Shown: piece by piece, positions 47,774 through 59,800 of the stretch
Position numbering within the stretch: the stretch's first letter is position 1
Layout of the letters: every line of letters starts with the position of its first letter
NCBI GenBank assembly: GCA_030704615.1
Contig: CM060732.1
Location: 8,556,001 to 8,620,000 of the forward strand
Direction of reading: 5' to 3'
Length of the DNA stretch: 64,000 bases
From: Takakia lepidozioides
Taxonomy: Eukaryota; Plantae; Bryophyta
Notes under the pieces: model-generated
What the model saw: the letters and a program-made list of their open reading frames with translations, nothing else
The model's database searches: none
Told to the model about the DNA's origin: nothing
Made by a program: the position numbers and the translations under genes

Positions 47774-50700
47774 ACCTTCCGTTCTAGCTCTCTAAGGCTT
47801 GAAAACAAGAGCCTCAATGGGCTGAAGGCATGCTCCACACATGCCCCACTCTCACCATAAGAGAATCAGCTCCTTTGCTTCATTTCTTGCACCCACAAAC
47901 CTGATAATACAAGCTTCAGCAGGCTGAAAGCATGCTCTACATGCCCTACAGGGAAACCAGCCCCTTCCTTCCTTTCTTGCACTCTCACACCTAAAAGTGC
48001 AAGCCTTCACCAGGCTGATAGCATGCTCCACACATACATTGCCCTCACATAAGGGAAGTCAGCCCTTCCCTCTTCCTTGCTTGCCCTCCAAGCTTGAAGA
48101 TGGAAGCTTCAATGAGCTGAATACATGCTCCACACATGCAACCTCTTCACACAAGAGATATCAGCCCCCTATCTTGGCTCCTTGGCTCCTTGATGCTCTC
48201 TAAGACAAGACTAAGCACTCCACAGCCCTTGCCAAGCTCTTGAAACCCTAAGGCTTACATTTCCAGCCACAAGACACTTCTCTTGTGGTGCAAGAGCTCT
48301 TCTTCCAAGCTCTGAAACCCTAGGTGCACATTCCATGGCCTTGCCGCACCTCTTAGCTCCTGTTCCAGCCCTGCTCTTGCCATGACAAGAGCCCTCTCAA
48401 TGCTGAAGCTCGAGATTGAAACCCAATCTCACCATACTCCACAAAGTGCACTGATTTGCCCCAAGCCAAATCAGCCCTTTCGCTTGGTCTTGCAATCCTT
48501 CACACAATGACAGCTCGCATTCCCAAGTCCAGTTCTCAGCTTTGCCACCAAAGCCACTATAACCTGCTCTTGACTGGTCCTCTTCCCAATCGTGCTTGCT
48601 CATGCATGTACACAATCTGAAACCATCAAGGTGCTCTGGAATTACCTACAGTATGGTGCTTTCATCTCTGAAGCTGAAGATCGAATGCCAAGGTTTACCA
48701 CCTCGTAACCCACATCGCCTCCGCTTCTAACAACCAAGAGCTCCACGGTGCTCCTTGCATAACAACTTGGTTTCTCTCATTCTCAAGCAAAAACCACAAG
48801 TGCTACAACTAACTCGTATCTAGCACTCATAGATACGAGCTCATCTTTCTCGAGTGATAAAGAAGAAGAATACAAGCACAAGCTCATGCGAGCTCACAAA
48901 GCTGAAGCATAAACTCATGCATATATAACCTCATCACTCAAACAGAAGTCAAGCCAAGTGCACCCCACGCCATGGGGAATCCACACTACGGCGCCATAGC
49001 TAGGCGCGGTGAGGCTCAACTCGAGAAAGATGAGCCTCCCGCGCTTGCCGTGAAGATAACCACTCCAGGGCCTAAATCTGCCTTGACCCCTGGATTGACA
49101 CTTGGGCCAATCCCAAATGTCAATATGTAAAAGCTAGCTATTTCCTAGCTAGTTTCACACTAGTGGTAAAATAACTTGACAGCCTCTTCCCAAGGCAGCT
49201 CAATCTCACCTTTGATGCTGGACTCAAAAATCTTACGAGCCTCACCTTTCAGGCACACCCGGAAAGTCTTAACAACAAAACGAGATGGAATGGAATTGAT
49301 CTCCCTACTGATATCAAAGAATTCAAAAAACGATTCAAAATCATCCCCTAAGTTAAAATCAGGGTATGGTTGTTTGTGCATTTTCTCTGTATGGTCAGGG
49401 GGTTTATCAGCAGTAGACACGGGTGTTTTGCTGAATCAACATTTTCATTAAAGGAGGACAGTTGGACACTACACCCATGGCCTCACAAAGCTCCTCCACA
49501 TCAAGAGCTGGCTCCTGAGTGACCTTATCCTTTGCTACCCCTCCCTGATAAATAGATTCTTTAGCTTGAGAGATCTCATTCTTGTCACTAGCTAACTCTC
49601 TCTCTCTTCTAGCTTCAAGTTCACTTAAACCTACCATCTCTTCTGCTTCTTTTTCCAGCATGGCCCTAGTGTAGACAGGCATGGGCAGGACCAATACAGC
49701 TTATCTCCGACCTGCTGGAGCTTGAAGGAACTCCTCCCAGTTCGCCACACAGTGGCAACTGATGTACTTGTGTTTGGGCAAAAGGTAGATCGCCTCACCC
49801 AACTGATCCTAGACTTCCCGGTCTGATTTGAGCCAAAATGAGACTTTGGCAATGGAGCGGATGATACAATCAGGGTATGTGGAGGGTATTCCGCGGCTTC
49901 CGCCACCTGACTGAGCCCCACGCGTTCGTATTTGTAGCTTTTGCCAGGGAAGATCACGACGTTCGTGGCACAATGAGAGAAGCGTTGCTCAAGCACCCTA
50001 GTGACTACCTCTTCCCAGATCGGATCAGCAGCAGCCTTAGTAACCTTGGCCTCACGAAGATTGGCAAACACAATAGCCGTGCCACCCTTGACAAATTCCC
50101 AAAGCCGCAAAGGACTGGGCCTGTTGGAATGCGAGAAGCTCTCCAAATCACGGCCAAGCTCACGAGAGACTGTAAACTTAGGAACACCCACTTCCACCCA
50201 GCTGAATTGTTCACCAGCACTCATACGTTGTTTGAACACTGAAAATGGGATTCTCTGAGCAATCTCCTCCGCGTGCAGTTCCTGCAACAATTTCCCAGCC
50301 CAACCCCCTATAGTGCCTCGTCCACTTTGCGCTTTTGTTCACGTTTTTGAGCGGCAATGGTTGCAATTTTTGCAACTTCCTCAGCAGCCTCTTCTTCGAA
50401 CTTGGCAATCCAGTAATCAAAGGGAGTATCCAGCACGATTTCTTCACGCGTCCATGCTTCCCTGTTATCAACAGGAGCGTATTTGCAGATATCTTCACTC
50501 AGACGGACTCGTAATTCATGTAAAAAGGTAAGCTCAAAGTTGAGCTCAGGAGTAATCTCAGGAAGCAGCGACTCAGAGTGGGAAGGAGACGCCATCGCGT
50601 ACAGCAGACAGAATCAACACAAGTTTGCACAAACCAAAAACAAAAACAACGAAGCAAGGAGTATAAGCCGCCGCCATCGTGCTTGATAACGGCTGTACCT

Positions 50701-51309
50701 TATGCTCCCTGCACAATACCAGCACCTGAAAATGATTAGTTCATACATCCATAGTAACAGATAAAATGCCCCCCATCTCCACCAAGATTCCGGGGCCGGG
50801 GATATATTCCCCCTTTCAGTCCGGTATTTTACCGATATGAGGGTTGTAGCACAGTAGGGCAGTGACCCGCTTGATAGGATGGAACCTAGCACAAAGATTA
50901 ACCTTACTCATACACATTCATCCAAACACTTCAAAGGTACACTGTACAAGATCTGTGACCAAAATCCACCACCCCGATTCTTTGAGTGCTTTGATTTATA
51001 TAGTACTTAAGCATGTAATCCTATCTCGGCCAAACGACCATCATTCATTGGCTGGCCAGATGCCATCCCAGCTAGGCCACCTCACCTAATCTAATCCTAA
51101 TCTAACTGTTAACTAAAGACAACATCAACTTAATGTAGCCCGCTGTTCCAGCACCTAATACGTAACGGCTACTCCGTCATCATCCATCTAGGACTAACTG
51201 AGAGCATCATCCTGCACGCCATTCCCTGAATGAGCATCTCCATCCTGCTCCATCCATGCTCTCATACATCCATGCCCAAAAGCAAGCAGGTCGGAATCAA
51301 GCCTTTACA
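47774..51309 (-). mobile_element. Remnant of another LTR retrotransposon family (gag-like ORF plus upstream ORF, possible 5' LTR ~50845-51309)
   Basis: Gag-like YPDFNLGDDFESFFEFF..F.VCLKGEARKIF..LPWEEA (49160-49420) and ORFs 49631-50595. The candidate LTR has TGTA..TACA ends. Region 48870-49183 is duplicated at 41343-41662. Confidence 0.55.
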
Positions 51310-53757
51310 TCCCCTTTCTCCCAAATTTAAAAAAAAAAATCGATTAAAGAGGAAACAGAGATAAACCCCAGCAATGCTCAAAAGCCCTCATTCAATGTTT
51401 TACACCCAAGCAATTTCATAGTAGCATCAGATTCTAAGCTTCCACATCCAAAGCAACTCTATCCTTCCAACATTCATGCGTGCTCGGTTACATACTCTGA
51501 AACCAAAGTGGTTGCAAGCTTCCATTTTTCCCTTTTTTATCATTCCCCACACCAATTACACATCTGCCTGTTCAGTCAAATCACAGCTTTTGTTCTGCTA
51601 CCACCACCTCTCTGCTGTGAATATTCCCAGCTACTACAACTGATCATTGACATTATTGGGATGAGCAACTTCGTAACTTCCTGTTAAGCAGGTATGTGAC
51701 ATCCACTTGAATTTTTTCATCAGTTTCTCTTCCTCTCTCTGACACAGATGGTTTTCCTTTTCAGGTGCAGGGTTGGGAGCATGAGAAAGGGAATGAACTA
51801 AGGTAGACATCTAAAACTAGTAAGGCTGTCTCCCATATTTTGTGACAGCAGATCCTTCTACTGGGCCGATGGTGTAAGCCATTGAAGTGACCTCTCCATG
51901 GGAGTGTCACGTTTGGTCACAGTTAATCCATGCATCTTCATGAAAAGAACACAGAGATAGCTGAGCCAACAGTGAAAGCCATTGAAGTGACCTCTTCATG
52001 GAAGTGTCATGGGAGTGTCTCGTCAAATCATGCATCTTCATGAAAAGAAAACAGAGATAGCACAGGCAAGAATTTCTGCAGTTCAGTTGTAAACACCTAA
52101 CAAAAAGAAGCCATCTAGAACCATTGAATGGCAAGTTCCCCTTTGAAGGAAAGACATCCGGAAAATGTGGCTTTCAAAAAAGTTGGGAAATATCCAAAAA
52201 TACAAGAGTGAGTAAGCAAAAACAGCGCATAGAGCTAGGTGGCAACTACTGATAGGTACAGAAGAGAGAGGTGAAGGGGGGAAACCTACAGGAAAGTCTT
52301 TAACCCTGTGAGGACCTACAGAACCTGCTAAGGCATAGCATCTAGCTCCTCAAACTAAGCCACAAGATCTATCTGCCAACCTTAACCCTCTGTTCATCTG
52401 GGGAAGACCAGATGCCCTCGATGTTGCATATCCAAAGAAAGTATACAAAGACACCAGCCGCAGTACCTCCCCACCAAAGAACAACCATCGTTTCCACATA
52501 CCGACTTCACTTCTTAGCCTGCATTCCTCTGGAGTACTACATGCCCCATCAGTAGCCTCCGTTGCCTCCATTTTGCAGGTCCAAAGTTCTCCAAATGACT
52601 ACCACCAACCAAAAGTCTAGCTCACTCAAACCAGCAACTTCAGCTTCTCAACCACAGGTATCTATTACAAGAATATGCCACCCACCATTGAAAATCCCAT
52701 GTCCACAATGCCAAACATCACAGCATCCAAGCCCTTCAGAAAAGAAAAGAAAATCAAACACACACTTAAGGGCTCTCGAAAATACTGCAACCCCAGCCTG
52801 CTAGTTGCTGCATGAATAAACTTTCTACCAAAACTGGATCCAACCAAGAAACTTTTCCTTGCTCGCATCCATAGACAGAGGGATAACCCTCACCTATGCA
52901 ACAAATCCGAAGTTGATTCATTGACCCTTGGCTGCTGTAGGTTCCCCACATCAGCTCCCAAGAGCACTTCCTTGGAAAGCCTCCAAGGCTCTCCTAAGGG
53001 GACAGTGAAAGGCCCCAGGCTCTCTCCTAGGAAACCTTTCAACTATGCAGGACAACCAAACAAACTCTACATTGGTTCATGTCATTGGCATGCTTGTAGG
53101 GTTGAGATTAAAGTGATCCCACCCTTCACAACCCCAGACAAGCAGCCAAAGTGAAAGTAGGACCTTCCCTTAAATCTACAAACCCCCCAAAAAGCTGCCA
53201 AGCCAAAACTTCCATATTGTTACCATTTTTTTTTTTTTCTCTCTGAAGGCTTTAAAGCTGCTGGCCGAGTCCTATGCGACAACCCTTAACCCAAGTGCCA
53301 ACCAAAAGACAGGAAGCAAGAAAAGTCAAAGAACAGCAATCCACATTCCAGACAGTCACTCAGCCCCTGAGTTAACCAAGCATGTCAACGACTGCAGTGT
53401 CCACAGAAGTAATGGATCTGGTTGAATTCCTTCAGAGTGTGTTGTCTTTGATCAAAATTCCACAATCAAGATGCCACTCCTTCCTTTCGGACATAGAAGG
53501 TCTGGTGCAGGTTGGTACCCCATTTGTGCACTGCACTTATGCAGCCTCCCTGAGTGCATGCACACACTCCAAGGCAGGGCTGCAACGGAATGATCCTATG
53601 TACAGTAGCCGCTTTCCTGCAGAAACAGAATCTTCTCCCAAATTGTCAAGGACATGGAAAGAATGCCCACATGACTTCTCTTCACTGGTAACACAACAAA
53701 GACCTCTCATTTCATCCCCCTCTCTCCTCCGCCCCCTTTCCCCCAGGGAAGCGGATC

Positions 53758-54537
53758 TCATTTTGTCATCACTCCAAACCTTGCCATCCGAGCCTTCTTC
53801 TTCGCTTCATCGTCAGCAGACAGCTGTAATTTACCGCCACTCTCTGTAGAAACTCTGAATCTCTCCGCCCGAGCTTTCCTTTTCACTGTCTCCGCCTCAT
53901 TGCTAGTAGGACTCTTCTTGCTAGCTTTGTCTGCTGAAGGAGGAGGAGTCACTGCTCCCTTCTCATTTCCATTGGGACTTCCCCCATTAAACCTGACACC
54001 CCGCATGCGGCGCTTTTCGACTTCAGAGACAAAAAATTCAGTTCCAAACCGTTCCGCGCGTTTCTGTTTCTTCTCAAGATCTGAGAGGGGAGTGGTTGCT
54101 CCTGCTCCGTTGGTTTCTTGAGGTTTTACGTGCTCTGCTGGGGCGCTGTCACCCTCTTTCTTACCCTCTTCAGTGCTCTCAGTAGCCAGTGGCTGAGATT
54201 CCACGGAAGTTCCACTAGTGCCCGTAACAGTCACAGCCGCTTCGACCTCGATTGTAACTTCCGACGTCTTAGCACTCTCACCGTCTTCCAGCCCATCACC
54301 TTCGTTCTCATCAACTTCGTTCTCAATTCTTTCACCATCTTTTTCAATCCCGTCACTTTCAATCTTTTCTCCATCTTCTTTAGCGACATCGGCAGTGTCA
54401 CTGCCATCAGCCAGCTTAGAAGAATATTTCTCCAGACGCTCAACCAATGTCGCCTTCAGGCCCACAGTGTCCAACCCTCTGTTTGCCAGCTCCTCCCGCA
54501 GAGCTTGCACCTTCATCTTCTTCCACTCAGCCGCCAT
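53758..54537 (-). CDS. MOS11: SAP-domain ribonucleoprotein, THO1/SARNP(CIP29)/MOS11-like mRNA export factor
   Basis: MAAEWKKMKVQALREELANRGLDTVGLKATLVERL (SAP domain), an acidic linker, and repeated KK.KRAERFG / KRKARAERF / KKKARMARFG motifs typical of the Tho1/MOS11 C-terminus. The CDS is intact and uninterrupted, with a likely 5'UTR intron acceptor near 54572. Confidence 0.85.
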   Translation of the reverse strand: MAAEWKKMKVQALREELANRGLDTVGLKATLVERLEKYSSKLADGSDTADVAKEDGEKIESDGIEKDGERIENEVDENEGDGLEDGESAKTSEVTIEVEAAVTVTGTSGTSVESQPLATESTEEGKKEGDSAPAEHVKPQETNGAGATTPLSDLEKKQKRAERFGTEFFVSEVEKRRMRGVRFNGGSPNGNEKGAVTPPPSADKASKKSPTSNEAETVKRKARAERFRVSTESGGKLQLSADDEAKKKARMARFGVMTK

Positions 54538-55249
54538 TCCGATGCAGTAAGCAGACTTGTGGGGTGAGACTCCTACAAAAAAATTCTCACTCACAGGAAC
54601 GAGGTTTTCAAAGAAACCCCTTGCAAATTTGCACGATGTTTCTACTATGACGTGCAAATGTGAGGAATGCAGCAATGACAAGAGACCTTCCTTGCCAGTT
54701 AACAGCCCAGGAACAAATGCAAACCTTTAAATGCAAGGCAGAACTTTTCGGAAAACCAGCGTTTGGTAAGACAGACAATTCAATTCAGACAATAAGGGGA
54801 TGGCAGACCCTACAGTTGAACAGCTGTCACTAGAAAGAGTAGGTGATGACCTAAACCAGCCCCGTCTACACAGAAGAAACCCTAACCTCAATCTCTCAGA
54901 AATTCGTTCAAGGAACTCTTGACCTGACAATCTACACTCGGCAAAAGGAAACAGTCAGCCGTGATAAAAGGGTAACGAAGGTCCGGTAAAACTGGGGTAG
55001 AAGAACGAAGCCAAAGAGCAAGAAAGACACACCAAAAAAAAATTGCAGTAACAGAGCGGGGGGAAAGAGGGGCTCAACACAACGAAGACAACGGTTCCAG
55101 AAGCAAGGGATGCTTAGTGGAAGAGTCAGACTACAGTAACAAGAAACGGTCAGACTAAGGTTGAAACAAGAAACAAGAGGCCGGACTGCAGAAACCTCAA
55201 CCTTCTAATAACATCCTCCGAAAGAAGTTGAATGGAAAGGTATAGGCAA

Positions 55250-55500
55250 CCTCGAAGAAGCCAGCGGGCTACCCAGACAACCCACAGGAAGAAATCGATC
55301 ACCGGAGCGAGCAAGAGAGGCCCACACAAAATTATCGAGCCCCGATCCTCAGGTCCAGAATGAGGTCCCCAAGTGAGGTCCCGATGTTCGTTTTCGGGGC
55401 CGTTGGATTCTAGGTCGACCAGATTGTCTGGGGCCCAGATTAAGTGAGGACGTGTTGGCTGCTATAGAAAGCCTGGCAGCATCGAGGGTTTGTTTCTTAC
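55250..55500. promoter_or_regulatory. Putative shared bidirectional promoter for MOS11-like and RPS21
   Basis: Divergent genes with start codons ~1 kb apart, site II-like GGCCCA motifs at ~55319 and ~55432, and a telo-box-like AGGGTTT at ~55485, all typical of plant ribosomal-protein promoters. Confidence 0.5.
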
Positions 55501-55592
55501 GTGGTTGTGTTGCTCAGGGCCGGTACTTGAGGCTGCTCTCTCTGCTCTTCGCGCCCATCGCTTGCTCGTCATTGCATCTGCAAGAAGGCACC

Positions 55593-56310
55593 ATGCAGAA
55601 CGAGGAGGGTGAGAACGTGGATCTCTACATTCCCAGGAAATGGTGAGTTTGTTGATAGTTCGCAGGTGTGGCTTATTAATCTTGTACAGTTTATAGATTG
55701 AAGGAGTGGAAGGAAGAATGGAGTGGCATGTCTAAGCATGAGTTTGGCGATGTGCAGTTCCTCGACCAATAGATTGATCACATCAAAGGACCATGCGTCG
55801 GTCCAGTTGAATGTGGGCCATCTTGATGAGAATGGCATCTACACAGGCCAGTTCACTACCTTTGCCCTCTGCGGCAACGTCCGGGCGCAGGTATCTATCT
55901 CATGTTCTTCTCTTACTCCCGTTTGCTGGTTGTATTGTTCAGTTCATACCAAGTATTGACCTAGAGTTTTGAGTATGATGGATTGCTTACTCTCCAGTCG
56001 AATTCGTGTCCTGTGTTAGAAGTTCCGTTGGTATGCTGTATCTCCATATGGCTTTTAAAACTTCCATCGAGATACATTTACAATGAACGCAACCTGAGAA
56101 GGCGTTTCAAAATATGATTTTTATGACGAGTCTAATTCCTGTGCTGCGCTGCACACACTGAAGAAATATGTACATAACACAGTTTATAAAGAATGAGAAT
56201 CGGAAATTCGCATTTCATATAAGCATAATTGAACTGTGTCTGTGCAGGGAGATGCTGATAGTGCTTTGGATCGGTTGTGGGCAAAGAAGAAATCCGAGCT
56301 TGGTCAGTGA
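55593..56310 (+). CDS. RPS21: 40S ribosomal protein S21 (eS21), 3 exons
   Basis: Exons 55593-55642, 55758-55890 and 56248-56310 with GT-AG introns give [81 protein letters not shown]. Confidence 0.97.
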
Positions 56311-56899
56311 TATAGATATGGTTCTGTTGCTGGCTGGATGAGTCAGTTGTGACGATCAGCTCTTTGGTGCAGGGCTTTGGTATTAATCACATTTTTACCA
56401 CCTCCAAGTATTAATTATGTCAGCAGAGGGACACTTTTTCTTAATTACTCTGTGGCTTTGGATTGGTTGAGTTGGAAGGATTTTTATATTCATCCAAGCT
56501 CCATTACTTGCTTAAGAGTACATTGTCTGGATTTTGTTATTCCTTGCATTCCACTATCTGCTGGCAGCGCCAACCTTGCTAGTTTGTTTCAAAATCAACG
56601 TGTCATTTTGAATGAGCTTTTTAGGGTGCAAGTATGTTGGCTTACGTGGTGTGCATTGCGTTGGTTCAATTATGTTTTTGACTTGGCTTTCCCAAGATTC
56701 ACTTTTCTAGTCAGCAATTCTTTCCATTTTCTGAAATTGGATGCCAAGCTTCAGCTATTGGAGGAAGATGTTGGATTCATGAAATTTAAAGTGCAGTTAC
56801 CATGGCCAGAAGATGGGCTTTTCCCCCCTAGAGTTAGCTGGGCTCTTGTTGGCTTAGGAAGTGGTGAATCGATTTAAAATAAATAAAAATAAAAATAAA

Positions 56900-59800
56900 A
56901 TGAACAGGGGATTGTTGCCCTGATAAACTTTATTGAGAAGGTAAGGAAAAAATAACCTTACAGGGACCATAAGGCAGAGGAAAGAGGTTCCACTGGTTAC
57001 CAAAAGTCCAACAGAGAACCAGAAGATCCTAGATTAAGATGGTGAAATGGAGTGAAAAGAAGAGGCAGAGAAGCCTGGAGTAAAGGCACCTGCAGAGAAA
57101 AGGCAGAGTTTGAACAGAACTGGAGCAGGGTACAAAGCACTAACACTAGTGCTAGCACTATACACTACCCCTCTTCCTCTTTGGGGCTTCTAAGGAAAGA
57201 TGCAGTTTCAATTTGCCCTTCCTAAGACTATGCTTATGCCTCCAATTGAATTCCCTGTCATCAGTGAGCAGGGGAGAACGACCTGGGCTGCCAGCAGGCT
57301 GGGAGGTTTTTGCTCCATTCGATCCTGGAATCAGACACCCTTATGCAGAAAATACCTTTCCAACCCCAAGATTTGTCAAAGCTTGATAGGAGTTGGGGTT
57401 CGCCGAGAATTTCCGCATTTGTTGAGAGCTGCCACAAGCACAGTCCAAGACTTCCTTGCTTCAGACATAAGGTCTGAGTGAGCTAAGACTAGCACCTTCT
57501 GCAAACAGGGAAGAGCCCCTTGGAAAAGAACAGAGCAACGAACTTTCCAAATATTCCCTAAGATAGCCCCTCTCAAGGATTCCCAGACTGGGCAAGAGCA
57601 AAAGCGAGATCCTTCTTTAGTGTTAAGAAGAAAAGCAGAAGTAGAAAAGGAGAGATCTCTTTCCCAAAGAGCATAGAGCGAAGTAGCCTTTTTCCACACA
57701 TCAGCAGTGAAGGAACAATGGGCAAGACAATGCTCAATGTCCTCTAGGCTATTGGAACTGCACGTGGCACAGGTCAATGGAGGGTCAGAGATGAAGGCAC
57801 CCACTGGAATAATCCTGTTTGCAACCCTCCAAAGGAAGGCTGAAACTTTAGCAGGCCTATGTTTCTTCCAAATATCAGACCAAACATGCTTCCAAGAAAC
57901 GGGGTGCCCGGGGACATGAGCCCACTTCTTCGTCCACTTGCGATCAAAGCTTTGCTTTGGCATTAGCAGAGAATAGCCTAGCTTAACAGTATAGGCAAAA
58001 AAATGCTCATGGTTCTTGTCCATCCATGCCTATTCACCGGGGTCGAACTGGAGTAAGTACACCGAGGCAGAAAGAAACCAACAAAATGAGGCAAGGTAAT
58101 GCTGAACTTCTAGGGGGGGACTTGGATACGATTTCCCAGTGCTGTGACAAAAGACTCTGATCTCATAGCACTCAACACTGTCAGGCAGAATTGAAACCTT
58201 AGGATTGGTTGCACCCTGAAACAGACCCCCTGGTACTGGTTTCCAGCCTTAGAGGTAGCATAAAAGGCATTAAGCCCAGCTTCAGTCGAGAAACCAAGCC
58301 ACTTGGGAAGATGCTAATGAGGGTTCTGGACAAGAAGCTCAGTCCAAAATGGGGGGAGGTTGCCCACAATCATATCCCAACCTGATGTGAGTCTTCTGCA
58401 GGAAAGAGCATGAGAAGCGGCGGCAGGCTCAATGATAGTGTGCAGCTCCGAGTTCCAGAAATGCAGCATGTGAGAAAAACCAGCCGATTCCCAATACGCC
58501 CATCTCTTGACGCAGGAGATTCCATCAACTCATCCATCCATTCCACAGCTTCACTCAGATCTCTCTACACAGTGTGAGTATGAAGAAAGCCCCTCAACCT
58601 GCACCACGCAGTCCAGATGGATTGCCACGATCTGGAGCCAATACCAGGCTTAGCATTTGTAGCACCTCCTTGCACTGTCCATTTTAAGGAAGCAGGTCAT
58701 AAAGGACTAGTCGTAGGTGTAGCATTGAGGAGATGGAGTCTAACCAGTTTACTCCATGGGTTGGAGAGATGGGTGAAAACCCTTGGGACCCATTTCGCCA
58801 AAAGTGCAGTAATTTGCGCTTGCGGATCCAACACACCGAGGCCACCATGCTTTTTCTTTTGAGTGATTTGGGCCCAACTCACTAAGGCCCTTTTGTTTGT
58901 TGTAGCTGATGTAGCACCCCAAATGAAGTTTCTAACCAGAGACTTAATCTTCTTGTGAGCATTCGAGCCAGGGGACCAAACAGAAGCTGAAAACCTAGGA
59001 CCTAGCAGCACTTGGTTCGCCACCAGTGCTCTGCCGACCACTGATAAGTGCAGAGAACTCCAATACGAGAGTTTCCTCTTCAGCTTAGAAATAAGAGCAG
59101 CAATCCTTGAATCGTCAATATGGTCATGCCCAACCTGGTGTCCCAGCAGTTCATGCGCCTGCCCAACTTCAAGCCAGTTCATCCCAAGATCCAAACCCCA
59201 CAGATCACAGTGCTTGACAGGAGAGGCTTCAGGCAACTGACTCAGCAAACCCGTGGACTTATCCCAATTAATTCTTAACCCTGAAGCATTGCAGAAGCAG
59301 CCTAGGGAGTCCAGGGAGGAGGTCACATTAGACATCGAGGTATTGTCAATAAACAACGTGGTATCATCCGCGTAGAGAGAGGACCTGATAGAAGAGGCTG
59401 GGTCCCGAGTAGGGGATTGCGGGATAACCAAACCCAAGGAATCATTTCTCTTATCCAGGAGATGCCCCAACCCATTGGCAGCAATGAGAAACAAGAATGG
59501 GGCAAGTGGACAGCCCTGCCTTACAGATTTGAATAAGGGAAAGGACTTAGAAAGGGTACCGTTGACCAACACCCTGCTGGAAGCTGAGGAGAGCAATATT
59601 CAAATCCAGTTGAGAAAGCTTCCAGTGTTACCAATAGTAGCCAGAGCGCGAGCAGGTAACTCCAATTAATGTTGTCGAAGGCTTTCTGGATGTCCAGCAT
59701 CAAAAGGGCCAGTGGCTGACAGTTCTCTTTCGCAGTATGCAAGGCCTCATTAGTTAGCAGAATGTTGTCCAAAATCATCCTCTTTTTGATGAACCCTGTC

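Noticed and set aside
47179-47838. ORFs of 219 and 198 aa spanning the gap
   Set aside because: Artefacts of translating the N run.
50768-50784. tRNA-Ala primer-binding site (minus strand TGGTGGAGATGGGGG)
   Set aside because: It lies about 60 bp from the candidate LTR end rather than adjacent to a CA terminus, so it cannot be supported.
54538-54681. N-terminal extension of the MOS11-like ORF shown in the ORF track
   Set aside because: It does not start at an ATG and contains a likely intron acceptor; the ATG at 54537 directly precedes the SAP domain.
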